Assembly (NCBI GenBank): GCA_028534125.1
Contig: CM052816.1
Span: 8,992,001-9,056,000 of the forward strand
Direction of reading: 5' to 3'
Length of the DNA: 64,000 bases
Source: Lama glama
Taxonomy: Eukaryota
Shown here: in pieces, positions 1 to 13,945 of the stretch
How the letters are laid out: every line of letters starts with the position of its first letter
Numbering within the stretch: position 1 is the stretch's first letter
The notes under the pieces: model-generated
What the model saw: the letters and a program-made list of their open reading frames with translations, nothing else
Told to the model about the DNA's origin: nothing
Database searches by the model: none
Position numbers and translations under genes: made by a program

Positions 1-1542
1 CTAACTTATTTCACAGAAGTTAATGAGGCTCCCCAGGAGCACCGGCGAGGCCACCCTGGGACAAAAGACATTCTGTGCAGCTGCGTGTGTCCTGAGCTCA
101 CAGATCCTGGTAACGCTCTTCTAGAGACGTGCTCACTTTTGTCAGTAACTTCTCACATTACAGGCCCTGAAACTAAGCTCATTCATCCTGCTGCGGTCTG
201 GCCCCACTCACAGCACCGGGGTGAGACTAGCATCTCTCTTGATCTGGATCGGACTCTTCAATGAGGACAGCTTATGATCAAAGTTGCTAGTCTTCTGTGG
301 GAGCCACACGTTGCAGTGGCCAACGTTGAAGTTGTGGTCGATGATAACTTACGTCTTTTTTTTTTTTTTTTTCATTTGAACAGAGGACGGAAGGAAAGGA
401 AACAGTCTCATGAATGGGCTTTATCCAGGGATCAAGGAGGATCTTGGATGTGGATTTGGAGTGAGATAATGATCCAGCAATGGTAGGCAGGGCCCACCCA
501 CGGCTGGCTGGTGTGGGGACAGTATCTAGAGCTTCTTACTAGGAGTGGGTTTCCTGCTCTAGACTGCTTCCCGCATTTCTGGTCTTCATGGCAACTGTGA
601 CCTGAGAAAGGCTGTGAGAGTCCGGACTCAGTCCGATTGGGGTTTGCTGACTGCCAGCCCCCGCCCCGCTCACTGCAGTCCTTTCTGGCTCTGCTCCCTA
701 CCCTCATTCTGCTTCTCTCTCAGGCATGAGCTTAGATGTTTCTTCCTCAGGGGACTCTTTCCCCCAACAAGACCGACAGGTCCCTCTGTTCATCTGTAGC
801 AACGTCAGAGCACCGTGCACTTTTCCTTCCAACTGCCTATCACAGCGGCCTCTGACTGTGCGTGGAATTACGGAGTCAGTGTTATGAGGACAGGCATCCG
901 GTCAGTGCAGCTCACCAGGGCCCAGCACTTAACCCAGAGGAGACATTCAGCACGCATTTGTTTAGTGAATGAATTAATGAATGAATGACCTGTGATGTCA
1001 TCTAAATCAACTCCTGTCCCTTTTGCCACATCGCTGCAAATGAGGAGTGTCTCTGTGTTTGAATGCCTCTGGGGATGGGAACTTGGACACATGCATCCCT
1101 GGGCTTCTCTCATGATTACTAAGCTCTTCTTTATGTCTGCAAATGCTTGACAGTCGTGTTTCCACATTCATGTGGCATCTTCCCTCTTTTTGCCTCTTCA
1201 TCACACACCACTATCTCCACATCAACATCCTACCCAAGAGCCACTCCAAACACCTCTCTGATCCAAATTTTCATCTTGCCCCGGTCTCCACTAGTCATGG
1301 AGAAGAGGCACGTGGCACTGGTTTTGGAGCCCCTACTGCAATTTACGAGGCCGCGGGCATGGTGAGGGCTGCGTCCATGTCATCCTTGTCCCCCACCGCA
1401 TCCTCGGGACCCAGCACGGAGCCTCCAGCAGGCACACGCTAGATATTGGGTGGACAGAAACCTGACCGCTGTCCTTAGAGACTCTTTAGTTACGAGGCCT
1501 GGGGATAAGCAAGGCCTTTGGCGGCTGAGAAGTGATACATAC

Positions 1543-1614
1543 GCAGATGACTCGGTTGGGTGACCCGATGCTAGAGCCAGGGGGTGAGATGGAAGTTTCA
1601 GACGTCCGCCTGTG
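1543..1614 (-). CDS. ABLIM3: ABLIM3 coding exon, 72 bp (Ser-rich linker)
   Basis: Acceptor tctctcccacag|CAC AGG; donor ATC TGC|gtatgt. Encodes HRRTSETSISPPGSSIGSPNRVIC; phase 0 to 0. Confidence 0.95.
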
Positions 1615-3641
1615 CTGTGGGAGAGACGAGACAGAGGGTGAGAGGCTGCGGCACCTCCAGCTTGGCGGGGAGGGGGAGACAGGCATACAGTTCTTCAGGG
1701 AACATTAGCAGTGCTGTTAAAAGCACTCTCTGGCTATTTCTGCACTGTCTATCTTCTGCCTTTTTAATCAGCGTCTGAGTATGAATGAAATCGGAAATGC
1801 ACAGGACTTTAGGTTATTGATATAATTTTTTTTACATATCTGTAACTGGCCTTTTTGATAGGAAGCAGCTCATAAAAGCCTTAAATTTTTCATTTAGGCT
1901 TATCCCACTCAATAACATATTTACTTTACGTGAATAAAATTGGTTAGTATCATTCCTTAGCAGTTTGTTTATATAAAACCTAAAAAGTAGGTTAAACTTC
2001 ATGTAATTGTACAATATGGTTCTTTCTAGTGTATACATTGCAAATTGACATCAGCCTAAGTGAGAAAATGAAGAAACCTTTCTCTGAACAACGGCAATGA
2101 TGGATTAATGGCTCCCTTAACACAACAGCACAATGTTCATCTTGGTGCATCTAAGACAGGAGTGGGCTATCCAGCACTGTTTCCCAGGCTGTGGACAGTG
2201 AACCAGTCTGGCTCTGGGGAGAAGAATTTAGGCAGAAACTTTGATAATGCTGAGTCACAGAGTGAGAGAGTAAAACGTAAAATTCTATTTCAATCCTCTT
2301 GGTTAGATCAAGGAGGAAGTCTTAATCTAGTCCTAATACATTTCAACAATTGCTAATTCCATCCCCCCTCCTCCCCTCTTTTTTTTTTTAACAAACAGAG
2401 AGCAGGCAACATGATCTAGCTAGAATTTGTAAGAGTTATTCTTATGAATTACTTCATTTTCAATGAATTTATTTTAGAGTTACCTTCTACTTATAGAAAT
2501 ACTGGTTTTCCATTTGGTGATATAAAGTCTTATTTTAAAATAAGCTTAGTTAAGTAAAAAGTAGTGACTTGACTTCAAGAAAAATATGAAGTATGTAAAG
2601 ACAAGGTGGTACATACAGCAAAAAGCATTAGCATATAGAAGGAGAACTGAAATTCGAAAAATGGCAAGAAAGAGGAGGAATGGAGGAAGAAAAGGACACT
2701 CAGGTCTTAGACCTTGAAAGAGAGAGGCCTTGGAAAAAACAGGGAAATAAACTCACAGCTCAAAAAAATTATGCAGCAATTGACCAGCTCTTCATGAATG
2801 AAATAGATAAGACAGCAAAGGAGATAACATTTAACCAGCTGGTCAGAAGCTGTACACGTGTTTTTAGTGGAGACTCTAGCAGGTAACTTTAGTAGAGCCC
2901 CAAGGGGCCGAGCTGATATCCAGGGCCAGAGTGCAGAGGCACCTTGGAGCTCATCGAGGGCCCCCCAGTACACACCCCAGGTCTCCCCTCTTCAGCATCA
3001 AGGACTCAGGAGATGCTGCCCACTCCTGTAGTCCTTGGATCAAGAATCCGGATCCACAGGACTTCCTGCACAGTAATTCAGAGGGACACAGGACCTCAGC
3101 TGCTCCAGCGTGCGCCTGGGCGGCTGGCTGCATTACTGCCGGGCAAATCACCACCCTCTTTAAAGCCTTGGTTTTCTCATAAGCAAAGCAAAGATAAAAT
3201 TCTTTACCCATCTGCCCTATGGGGTTAAAGAAATCAAATGAGACAGTGGCTTGTGAAGATGCTTTGCAAGCTGTTCATTTCTGTGATAATTTTAACTACT
3301 ATTATTAACAAATGACCTTAGGCTGGGGAAAACCAGGGCTTATGTGCCTCAGAGGGGCCACCATCTTGGTAAGTAATGGGAAGGGTATAGCCTCATTCCA
3401 GAAATACTAAAAACACACATTCATACGGTGCCTTACAGTTTACAAAGTGCTGTCATATCCAAAAGTCTCAATCCCTTCAAAAGCCCCATGAGGTGGATGT
3501 TACCACTGAGGAAATCCAAGGATACAGGCACACATTTGAAAGTGCACACACTAAGGAGTGACTCTCTGTACAGCACAGTGCCCCCAGCCTGTGTCTAGAA
3601 GTAGCTGGCTGGTATCACCACCAGCTTGCTTAATTGCTTAC

Positions 3642-3700
3642 CTTTAACTTCTTCTCTGCCCGGGCTGCCTGTTTGCAGATGGGGTGCCAAACCTCAGAAC
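3642..3700 (-). CDS. ABLIM3: ABLIM3 coding exon, 59 bp (end of LIM4)
   Basis: Acceptor ggccccttag|GT TCT GAG; donor TTA AAG|gtaagc. Encodes (G)SEVWHPICKQAARAEKKLK; phase 1 to 0. Confidence 0.95.
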
Positions 3701-5879
3701 CTAAGGGGCCAGGAAAATAGCAAAGACTCAGATCTTTCACACATACCCAAATTCGACGTCTCTCCCCACCCCCCACCTCCATTTACTCCCCTGGCAGCTC
3801 CTGTGCCCTGCACAGCAGCCGGGAGGACCCCCTGGTTTTCCTGGATCTCTGCCGCTACATCGATTCAACCACCCATGCACTCTTCACTCATTCTGCAGGT
3901 CCAAATCTCGCCCTTCCTCAAGGTCCACGTCTCATGTCACATCTTCTGGCAAACTTTCTCACCTGCCAGCTGGGAGCGACTTCTTTCTCCTCCGTGATCC
4001 ATAGTTCTCTGTATCTTTCCCAACACATACGTCCTTAAAACACAGCAGCCTCGGGGTTTATCACCCCAACTAAATTAAGACCTCCTGCTCAGGCAGAGCC
4101 GAGCTGTCTTCATTGCTGGGTCTCCCACAGCGTCCAGCCCGGGACCTGGCTCTCAGCGGAGCCCCACACATGTTTGCGGGGTGATGAGGCGAGTGGACGG
4201 TTGGCAGTGAGTGACACATAGCAGGTGGTCAGTGAGGATTTGCTGAATGAATGGATGGCAGTGGAGATGAAATACAGTGACAGACTGTGGCGAACTCCTG
4301 CTTTCCTTTCTCTTCAAAGACTTAGGACCGTCTACCAGAGCTATCACATTTAAGGGGAGGAGGTGCCACGATGTATATTCTGCCTGCCTTGACCTGCTAA
4401 TTCCCAAGAGACTCCAGACTCTTCAAATTTAGTCTCCTGCAAATGCCCACGTTTTATTGTGGGTGGGGGTCCAGTTGGCCAGCCCTGAACCCAAGATGCC
4501 AGTTTGGAAAGGCATGAGCAACAGGTGGCTGGTCACATGTTGAGAAGAAGCCCCAAATATGACACATTCCCCAAAGAAAGGACAGGTGTCTTGGATTAGA
4601 TGGAAAAATAGGAACATGTTATCCCTCCGCTGCTATTTCTCTTGTTTCCAACCCTGAAAGGAAAGGAGCCAGCAAATGGCTAGATTCCTGAGCACCCAGA
4701 TGGCATTTGTTTGTCTGACTTTGTTTTTAGAATATATTTTCCATTATGGTCTGTTGCCTGGAACTCCTCGGGCTGGATACTGGCGAAGGACAGGAGGGCG
4801 GTGTAAGGGTAAACAATTACGCCCGAAAGCATGGTGGAGGGAGGGTGGGCCCAAAGGAAGGAGCCCTGGGTCTCTGCTCTATCGCAGTTTCCTCATCTGA
4901 ATAATGAGGAGGTGGGCTTTGGATGGTCTCGGACATTATTATTTTCACCTCACGAATTCTAATTCTAGGGCCAGTTTTGACTGGATCTTTGACTCTTGTT
5001 TGCTGACACTCCTGGGTGTTCCTAATTGGTTCTACATGAATGTATTTCCTCCTAATGTAAAGTGCAATGGCCCTTAGAGCCCAGTAGAGGGACCCTGGGT
5101 CTGCGGCTTGATCCAGCGATCTTAGGGTGTGTCCGCTGCCAGGTGCTGGGTGGGGATCCGAGCTTTGGGGAATCATTAGAGAGAGCATTTCCGGGTCCTC
5201 TCCAAGTTGCTGCGGAATCCACCAGGAGTTGTTTACTGCAGTGGCTCTGGCAGGAAGCATATGTTACAGGTCACTGCAGGGAATGGGCGAGGTGGACACA
5301 GATGTCTAGGAAGGTCGTGAGATTAAGTGCAAAGCATAAGGAAGGTAAAGGGTCAGGCAGAGGTTCTCACGGGGGAGGGGGAAATGATGTGTAAAGGGAG
5401 GAAGTCAGCCCAGCTGGTCTCTCCATGCCACTGACATATCTGTTCCCAAATAAGGCTAAGCCACAAATGGCTTCAGCACTCTGCATACACGAATTCAAGT
5501 TTTTATAAGTGAGGGAGGGGAATCAAAAGGGAGAAAGAAAATACAACTAATTAGAAATTTTAGAAAACCGGAAGTTTGGGAGTTGGCAATAGATCATTTG
5601 AAGAGGGAAGGATTATTTTGGAAGTTAGCAATAAATTTAGATAAGTGAAGGTTAAGAAAAGATGATTAGCTTGTGAGGACCCCTATGAGATGATGGTCTG
5701 CATACGCATATTATCAATCAATAGCTCTCATCCTAACAATCTCATCCTCAAACAGTACCTGATTCAGAAATGAATGAAAGATGGGCTGGATCCCGTCTTT
5801 GTAGTTGGAAAAAAGGACAGAGAGGGATATGTACCCTCAGATGACGGTAACCAGGACAGAGAGGGGACCCAAAATTAGG

Positions 5880-6110
5880 CCATAGGCAGGGTCTTCTCCA
5901 TGGAGAAGAGAAGATGTGATGGAATGGTGAAAAGGGATTTTGAGTATTTTAATGTCTCTCTGTGGGAAGAGAGATTACCTTGTTCATTATGTTTTGTGAA
6001 GTTGAACAAGGATCAAGGGCAGAAGTTTCAGGGAAGGAAAACTGAATGTCTGAAGATTGAATGCGTTCGTTCTGAGAATGAGCTTCCTGTCCCTGGAAGT
6101 ATTTAAGCAC
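5880..6110 (+). mobile_element. Ancient CR1/L3 LINE 3' fragment
   Basis: Motifs such as ggagaagagaag, gaagagagattaccttgttc and gagcttcctgtccctggaagtatttaagca resemble the L3/CR1 3' end; highly diverged. Confidence 0.6.
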
Positions 6111-6534
6111 ACACACTGGGAAGATAAGTGCTCAGCGGGGATTTTGTCGCGGAGAGAGATGCATTAGGTGGTCATTACACTAATGGACGCTTCCTACCTC
6201 TCCAAGCCCTTAGAGATTCTGTTTCCATCTCAACAGGCTTCTCTGTACGGAAAAAAAAACCTCAATTTCTTTTGCCCCTATCCAATAATCTTGACTAGAA
6301 TGTAAGTTCTACAAGGAGCAGGATTCTTACTGTTTTTATCTATAGATACACCTGCTGGGACTACGGATGCTGAATAAATACTCACTGAGTGAACGAATAA
6401 ACAAAAGAAACATGATATTCTATTTTAGGCCAGATGAATTTTCTAAGCTGGACTCAGATCTGGACAACTGGTGTAATAATCTAGTCTCTGACCGACAGCT
6501 ACAAGTCCAGGTTGAGTGTCTGTAAGAATATTCA

Positions 6535-6712
6535 CTAGATCGGAGTTTGATAAATGTGACCTGTGGACCACTTGTTCAGCAACCTGGTAAAATGCAGATT
6601 CCTGGGGCCCCTGAAGAGCCCCCGAAGGCCATTTCCTAAAGGAGGGGCCTGGGAATGGTCTGATTTTTAACAAGCTCCCCAGGTCATTTATGACTCTAAA
6701 TTGGAGAACCAC
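6535..6712. mobile_element. MER5-type hAT-Charlie DNA transposon remnant
   Basis: aaatgcagattcctggggccc ... tttttaacaagctccccaggtcatt ... ttggagaaccac, typical MER5 internal and terminal motifs. Confidence 0.7.
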
Positions 6713-7571
6713 ACAGCTAAGTATAGTTAACACTCCAAATGTGTTCCCTTGGAATGTCACAGGGTAAAGACACCAATTTTACAAGACAGAACTCTTCAAC
6801 TTACTGTAAGAATTCAACATTTTTTGCTTGTCAGACTCCTGATTCCACGAGTCACTCTCATCCTCTGAGACTGTCCCCCACAATTCCAGATTCTGCAGTT
6901 AAAATCTCCCGTAAATGTTCTAAAAGTGAAGGATTAGCTATTTCTGTATCAGCTGACTCAGAGCCTGAGATCTAAGTCTCCAAAACTGTCCCTCAGATGG
7001 GCATTAACACTGTTTTTAATCCTCAACAGAATTAGCACACAGTCTTCTCTGACTGGTTACAGCACACCCCACACCTATAACATTTTGGATTATTTAAAAT
7101 TTGGGAACCCACCCACCTCTCTGCCAGACCTTGAAATTCAATTTGCCTTTTTTTTTTTTTTTTTTGCGTTAGTGGAGATTTTAATACCAAAGTTGGAGCT
7201 GGTGCCAGCTTTCCAGAAGCCCAGCTAGGGCTACAGACACAGCAGGGAGAGACTGAAACTGGCTCACCAGAAGGTTCTGTTTGGCCAGCACAGTGCTTTT
7301 TAAAAGTATTTTTGAATATGAATGCTTTTAGACACTGTAGGTGGCCAGGGACCCTCCCTGCTGTCTGCCTCCTGGCTCTTCTTGCTCATTTAAGCAGGCA
7401 TTTGAGTTCTCAGCCCCTGATCTCAGTGGGAGTGTTAGGTTTGTTCTCTGGATTTCTCTTGATCATAAAGGGTAAGGTTTCCGAGTTCTGCCTTTATGTC
7501 AGCAGCACTACCTTTGTGACATAGAATCGTAGGCGCCTGGAATGGCTCCTTTAAAATCACTTTAAAATGTA

Positions 7572-7942
7572 GTGTATACATCTAATGGAATATTATTCAG
7601 CCATAAAAAGGAAGGAAACACTGATGCATGGTACAATGTGGGTGAATCTAGAAAACATTATGCTAAGTAAAAGAAGCCAGACACTAAAGGTCACATCTAT
7701 ATGAACTACCCAAAATAGGTAAATTTCTAGAGACAGAAAGCACATTGGTGGCGGCCCGGGGCTCGGGGAATGAGGAACAATTGCTTAATGGCTACAGGTT
7801 TCCTCTTGGGGTGATGAAAGTGTCTTGGAACTAGACAGACGTGGTGGTTGCTCAGAATTGTGAATATACTAAAAGCTACTGAATTAGTCACTTTAAAATG
7901 GTTAATTTTATGTTACGTGAATATTACCTCTATTTAAAAAAA
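7572..7942 (+). mobile_element. Old L1 (L1MB-like) 3' end fragment
   Basis: atggaatattattcagccataaaaagga ... gaaaacattatgctaagt ... ggggtgatgaaagtgtcttggaacta, ending in tatttaaaaaa. Confidence 0.85.
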
Positions 7943-8169
7943 TTCCCTGCCCCACTCCCCCATCACTAGGGGGACCGCTTCTGTAGACCACGAGGCGCTC
8001 TTCTCTTCACTTGTTCCTAATGGTTCCAATCTCAACAGAAGAGTGAGCCCTTCTGTTGAATCTGACACGGAATAATCATCAACATGTAATAAACGGTATC
8101 ACTATCATAGTAATCTTGGGCACTGGGAAGTCTTTACCATCTATGAGGCAATCTATGGGTTATTTAATG

Positions 8170-8395
8170 TAACAGTCTGAGGGGGTTCAAATCCTGGTTA
8201 CATCACTTACTAGCTGCATCGTCTGGAGCCAAGTCAGTGACCTTTCTGTGCCTTAGTTTTCCCATCTAGAAGATGGGGATGATTACAGTAGCTGCCTTAA
8301 TTTTGTTGTGTGGATTAATGAGTTAATACATGCAGGGCACTGAGGACAGCGTCCGCCAAGAGCAGGCACCATGTAAGTGCCTGTTGTTGCTGTTA
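8170..8395 (+). mobile_element. MIR SINE
   Basis: ggttcaaatcctgg...acttactagctg...ttttcccatct...ggattaatgagttaatacatg, the MIR core and 3' part. Confidence 0.85.
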
Positions 8396-9630
8396 CATAT
8401 CTCCCTTCCTGTACGCAAAGCCCCCTGTCTGCCAGGGTGTAGTGTGGGTGAGGGAAGGGACTAATGGAGAGACCTGAACGGGGCGGGTGTTATTTCCTCT
8501 CCTGCTCCCGGAGCCGGGGCCTGGTGAGCGGGAGCCATGCCGCACGCGGAGGGCTGGCTGGGCAGGTGGAGTCACTGAGCGGAAGCCTGGCTTGGCTGCC
8601 AGCGCACCCTTCTGGAAGGCTGGGCTTGTGCCCAGGGACGAGGACACCACGGGAGAAGTGGAAAAGACCAGTTTGCCTGGAGCTGACATGATCAAGTGGG
8701 CTTGAAGCTTAACAAACAGGTGGAGGGAGAAAAGCACGTGGCTGCCATGATGCTGGTTGCCATGGAGGACGTGAGGCAGGATGAGGAAGGGGGACTGGCA
8801 GTGCCGAGGTGCCCCGTAGTTCCCCTGGTGCTGGTAGCACTCAGGACAGTAATTCAGATGTCCTGAGTGCTTCGTCTATGTCAGGCCCTAAGTATTCTTA
8901 TCAGCCTTATTGCTGTTATTACAACTAATATTTAAAGAGTGCCTATGCCAGGCCTCATGCGACATGGCCTTCATAATAATAGTACGAGACTAAAAGGTAT
9001 ACGCTGAGCCCTATGCTAAGTGTTCTTAACACTGATGACAATAACCAGCATTTTTAGTGCATGGCTCGGGGGAATGGCCGTTTCTACAGGACAGGCTGTG
9101 TAACATAAGCTTGGAATGGCAGAGCCAGTGACGCCAGGCTCTATGCTGGGTCCTTCCCGTGCATTTACATATTTAACCCTCACAAGAGCCTGGTGAGGTG
9201 GGGCCTACGGTTCTCTCTGTTCTTAGTGGGGAAATTGGGATTTAGGGAACTTAGACGTCTTGCCTGCTTGCCCATCGCCGTCTCCCCACCCTGGCTGGGC
9301 TGTGGGCATGTGACCCTCCTTGGAGGCTCTCTAGGACATCTCTGCCGAACTTTGCAGGAAATACTGCCTCGCTGTGCCCACATGCCCAGGAGCCGGCCAT
9401 GTCCTCCTTGCCCTGACAGGGAGCAGCCAGTCCGGATCAGGAGAGCACCAGGCTCTCAAAAGGCAGCAGGGAGAAGACCCATCTGCCGCCTCTTGGGGGC
9501 CCCTCAACCCTGCTGTGCTGTTCCTGGAAGCTTCTAAGTTCTGTGAGTGGATCAGTCCCCTTTCACCTAATGTCGTGTGAGCTGAGTTCCTGCCATTGAA
9601 GAAGTCCAGACGAATAAAACACCTCAGTGA

Positions 9631-9815
9631 GCTAAAATCCGAGTATCTGACAAGTTCTTGACTTGCCCGGCAGGCAATTTTGTTTCCCAGAAAATAGAGG
9701 AAGCAACCAGGGCAACTGCTATTCTGGACCTAATTCTAACCAACATGGACAAATTGGCTGGTGAAGCAGCTGTGACATGTAACTGGCGAGAAAACGGCCA
9801 CATCGTCTTGAGTCT
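9631..9815 (+). mobile_element. CR1/L3 LINE ORF2 endonuclease-domain fragment
   Basis: Reads AKIRVSDKFLTCPAGNFVSQKIEEATRATAILDLILTNMDKLAGEAAVTCNWRENGHIVL, matching the CR1 APE-domain pattern FL-C--DNF--Q--EEPTR---LDL-LTN...SDH. Confidence 0.85.
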
Positions 9816-12800
9816 GTGGCGCCCTGAGAGGAGCCAGTTGGAAACAGACTTTATACGTACAAACCTCAAACTACTATGCTGTAATATTTTCCATGTGATT
9901 CAAGATGTTTGGTAACCCTAAAAATCTAAAAAAAAAATTGTGCGGCTCATCAAAAATTAAAATGTACTCTATTTAAAACGAAATATGCTTCGTAGACTCA
10001 GACGTGAGGAAATATCAATTTAGTACAGTTACAGGCTATGTTTGAAGAGTCTAAAATTATGTAGCAGGATTGGGGAAACATAAGATTTAAAGTTTTTAAG
10101 CATAACTCCTACAACCTAAGCTGTCAGTAAGGAGATCCAATTTAAAATAACAATGCTAAGCTACTGAATTATAGCAACCAATATTACGCTAGTGCCTTTT
10201 AAAGTGTGGTTTGATGAAATGCTTAGATGATGACTGAGGGCTGGTGCTCATAATCCCTGACAGCGGGTGGCACCTCTCTTGAGCATCTATTAGCTCAGGG
10301 CACCTCTTATGAGGTACTTGTCAGAGGAAAATGAGGCCTCAGCTAAGTATTAGTGGCTTCTCCAGCTGAGCCAGAAAGACATACCTCCTGGTACCAGGAC
10401 CTTAATCAGCTGAACTGAAGAAAAAAAAAAAAAAAGAGAGAGAAAATGTGATCTGAAATAGACTCACTTATACAAGAGCAGGGTTTGGGGTAATTATCAA
10501 ACAAGTTTCAGGGCTCTGTTTTGGATCAGAATTAACATAGAACAAAAGCTTTTCACTATATTTTGGGCCAGGGACACCTCTGAAAATTTGATAAAAGCTA
10601 CAGACTCTCTCCTTAGAGAAACACACCTACATGCAAAATCTGGTAAGCAGTTCCAGGGAAGTCACTGAATTCAGAAGGTCAACTATGAACCCCAGGTTAA
10701 GAATTCTAATAAATGGGGGGAAAATGCCTTTAACAAACCTGGCACGACAGGCGAGCTAACCCTGGCTCTGGGATACGACCTTCCTAAATTTTCTTGTTCT
10801 CTAAAATGAGGATATGAATGGCTTTGAGTTCACAGCCTTGTGAGGATAATACGAGATACTGCGTTTAAACCTCAGTAAAGTACTTGGCGCATGGTATGTG
10901 CTTAAACAGATACCAGCTCACGGCATTTATTATCTTTATTATTAGGAACTATAATTTGTTATGGCACTTTCCTTAGCAGCAGGGTTTGTCCTAGGGTTTC
11001 ATAAATGATTTTCTGCCTGGTGGGTTTTAATTAAATAAACAAATGATAAAACAGACCTGTTTAAAAATGTATATCAAAACTCCGGTGTTTCCAGTGTTAT
11101 TCTGCCTCAGATCCTTGGAACCGGGGTGCACTTAGTGTAGACAAAAGAAGAGAAAAAAGTCTATCTTTCCTTTTTCCTGGGTACAGGCACATTTAGAACG
11201 AGAGCAAAGTTTATCTTGTGAACCAGTTTTTGGGTTTAGAAGAACTTCCACTGATCTAGCAACTGTAACCTTTGCGATATTTGTGTAAGTTCTGCCCCGA
11301 ACCTACAGCATTTTGGTTATTATTTTGCTGCACAAAAATCAGTGACCTAATTTCCTGGTGAAGCCCAAATGAAGGGTATGGACAACAAACAGATTAGAAA
11401 TCTGGCATCTTTACAAAAACAGTTAAAAGACTGAGCGCACAACAGAACTTGAAACACATAAAAGAAAACTTGCTCTTGTCTCCCTCAGGGCCCCGGAAGT
11501 TCTCCTGCAGACAGATGTCATACTTCTCCCAATTAAAGCCCATCAGAAAGCCATCACATGGCAATCAAAACACAAACAAACTGACCAAAAGAACCTCCCG
11601 AGGCTGGCTGCCAGTAACACAGTGTGTCCTGCGACGGAAACGACAAGACTGGGTTTACAAGCTTTGCAGGCTTCCTAACACGCTCTCCCGTGTGCACGCT
11701 GCTTTATGGGGCACTTAGCACGTCACATCCATCCTCACCTCTGACCTGGCGGCGCATGCCGTGCACAGAGTGTGCGGGAATGCCTCCGTTTCTCCACCAA
11801 GTAACGCCTTCTCCCCTGTGGGCCTTCGCACATGCAGTTCTCTCTGCCTCCACCATCTTCCCTCCCCTCTTTGCCCTCCCACCTCCTACTCAATTTCAAG
11901 ATCTTGGCTTGAAATTTCCCTTCTTCAGCAGAGCCACTCCTGCCTCCCAGACTAGATGAGGAGCCTCATACTCCCATTATTCCCAGACTTCCCCTTCACA
12001 GTGCTTATCACAGCTTGTCCCTGAATGTCTGCATTTCTGTTTGATTAAAGTCTGTCTCCCTCTCCTGATAGTAAACTCCACCATGGAAGCAGGCACCCCG
12101 GCCTCGTTCATCTCTGAGCGCCCAGCACATAATGGGGAGCCTGGCACAGAGCATGACTTCTGTTTGATTGGATGAATGAAAGTATAATTATCCTCACTAT
12201 ACAGGTGAAGGAAGAGACCCCAGAGAAGGAAGTCACTTCTCAAGGTCAGGCCCATTAGCAGAAGTGCTGATGCCTGCACCCAGGAGTCCTCTTGGCTGGT
12301 TCTCACCATTCCTGCACTGCCGGCGAGGACAGTTTTCTTGCCATTTCTGGGGAATATCATTTTGAATGCCAGTACCCCCTGCCTGGGGAGGGTGTGCAAG
12401 GCAATCACAGACCCAGCTCTCAGTGGTAGCAGTACCCCTGGTGGCTGCCACCCCCAAGACGCCCACAGCCCGAGTCAGCACGAATCTAGCAGCGCACGGC
12501 CTAGACCCCCTCATTCCAGGATCACTCAGTATCCCTCAAGGCAGGTCCTTGAGCGCCCTGCAATTACTCCCACTCTCCCAGGAGCCAGGGATGTCGGGAT
12601 GGGGATAATTAAGGAGGAGGGTGACAGCCCCTTCTTTATCACCAAGAATATCTCCCACCTCCTGGAGGCATTTCTGCTGAAGGTCTGATTGTGCATTCTC
12701 ATTATCACAGAGCTGTTCACTTCATCACTTAACTTCCAGCATTCTGTGAAGCTCTGGTCCAAAGCGGGGCTTAGAAGATACTGATACATGAGGCTGTGAG

Positions 12801-13726
12801 CTCCAGGAGGGCAGGGAACTTGTGGGACTTGCTCAGGGCTATGTCTCCAGGTGTTAGAACGGCACTGGGCACACAGGCAGTGCTTAATAAGTACCTGCTA
12901 AATGAATGAACTACAAGCTTCCCGGGTGTCAGGAACTCACTACACCACTATATGACAGGGACTGTCACTAGCCCATTTTACAGGCTAGGCAATTGGGGTT
13001 TAGAGAGTTAAGAGACTTACCCAAGGTCAAAAACTCAGTAAACAGGAGAGCTAGGATTCAAAGCACCAAACGGGGAAAGATTAGGATGGGGGATTCAGGC
13101 AGGAAGCAAAAGATGTTGATTTCTAGTGATAGAAACATGGGGGCAGTTTCAACACTGGGAATTGTCTTCACCAGGGAAGGGGCAGAGGAATACTATGCAA
13201 CAAACTTTCCAACCAAGTGCAAAGGCCAGGTTCTCAGGGTCCCTGAAGACATCACGCCGTTTGCTGAGACTCATGTGGGCTTCGCAGCACACAGCACAGT
13301 TCCCGCAGCAGGAACTACTCAGGGACCCAGGCACTGAGGGATCAGTGCTCGTGGAAGGCGGAGGTCTCATCTCTGCAGGGACCAGAGTAGCGGGCAAGGC
13401 CTGGGTCTCGGGAGGATGGTGAGGAGAGCCCTGGAGTGGGAGTCAAAGGCCATGTCCCATTTTGTCCCTGCACGTTCTGGTTCTTACGCAAATCTCTTCT
13501 TCCCCCGGGCCTCACTTCTCCGCTGTATACAATGAGGGTTGTTACTTCACAGTCTCAAGTGCTCCTGGGATCCTTACACCTCTAACACCTGTTTTACTGG
13601 ACACACACTGAGCAACTGTAGGGTCACAGCATCGTAGAAACGGTCACCTCGCCCAGCCCAACACAGGAGCCCCTGCTCCAGCAACCCTAGTGGACGGTAT
13701 CAGATTCTCCTGAATAGCCCTAGGCC

Positions 13727-13945
13727 CATGGTTCTCAACCCAGGGAGATTCTGCCTCCTAGGGGACATGTAACAATGTCTGAAATATTTTTGGTTGTCAT
13801 AATGGGAGGGGATACGTTATCGGCATCTACTGGGTAGAAGCGAGGGATGCTACTAAACACCCTGCAATACGCAGGGCAGTCCCCGCACCAAAGAACTGTC
13901 TGGCCCCAAGTGTCAACAGTGCTGAGGCTGAGAAACCTGGCTCTA
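13727..13945. mobile_element. MER20 DNA transposon (hAT-Charlie)
   Basis: tggttctcaacc...ggggacat...atatttttggttgtcataa...ggcatctactgggtaga...gggatgctactaaacaccct...gctgagaaacc. Confidence 0.88.

Noticed and set aside
355..383. Plus-strand poly-T tract followed by CAG resembling an antisense splice acceptor
   Set aside because: No supporting antisense exon structure identified; T runs are common in introns.
1689..1713. Possible 25-nt microexon on the minus strand (taacag|CAC...ACT|gtatgc)
   Set aside because: Weak splice sites, an in-frame TAA, length not divisible by 3 and only a 74-nt downstream intron; likely chance.
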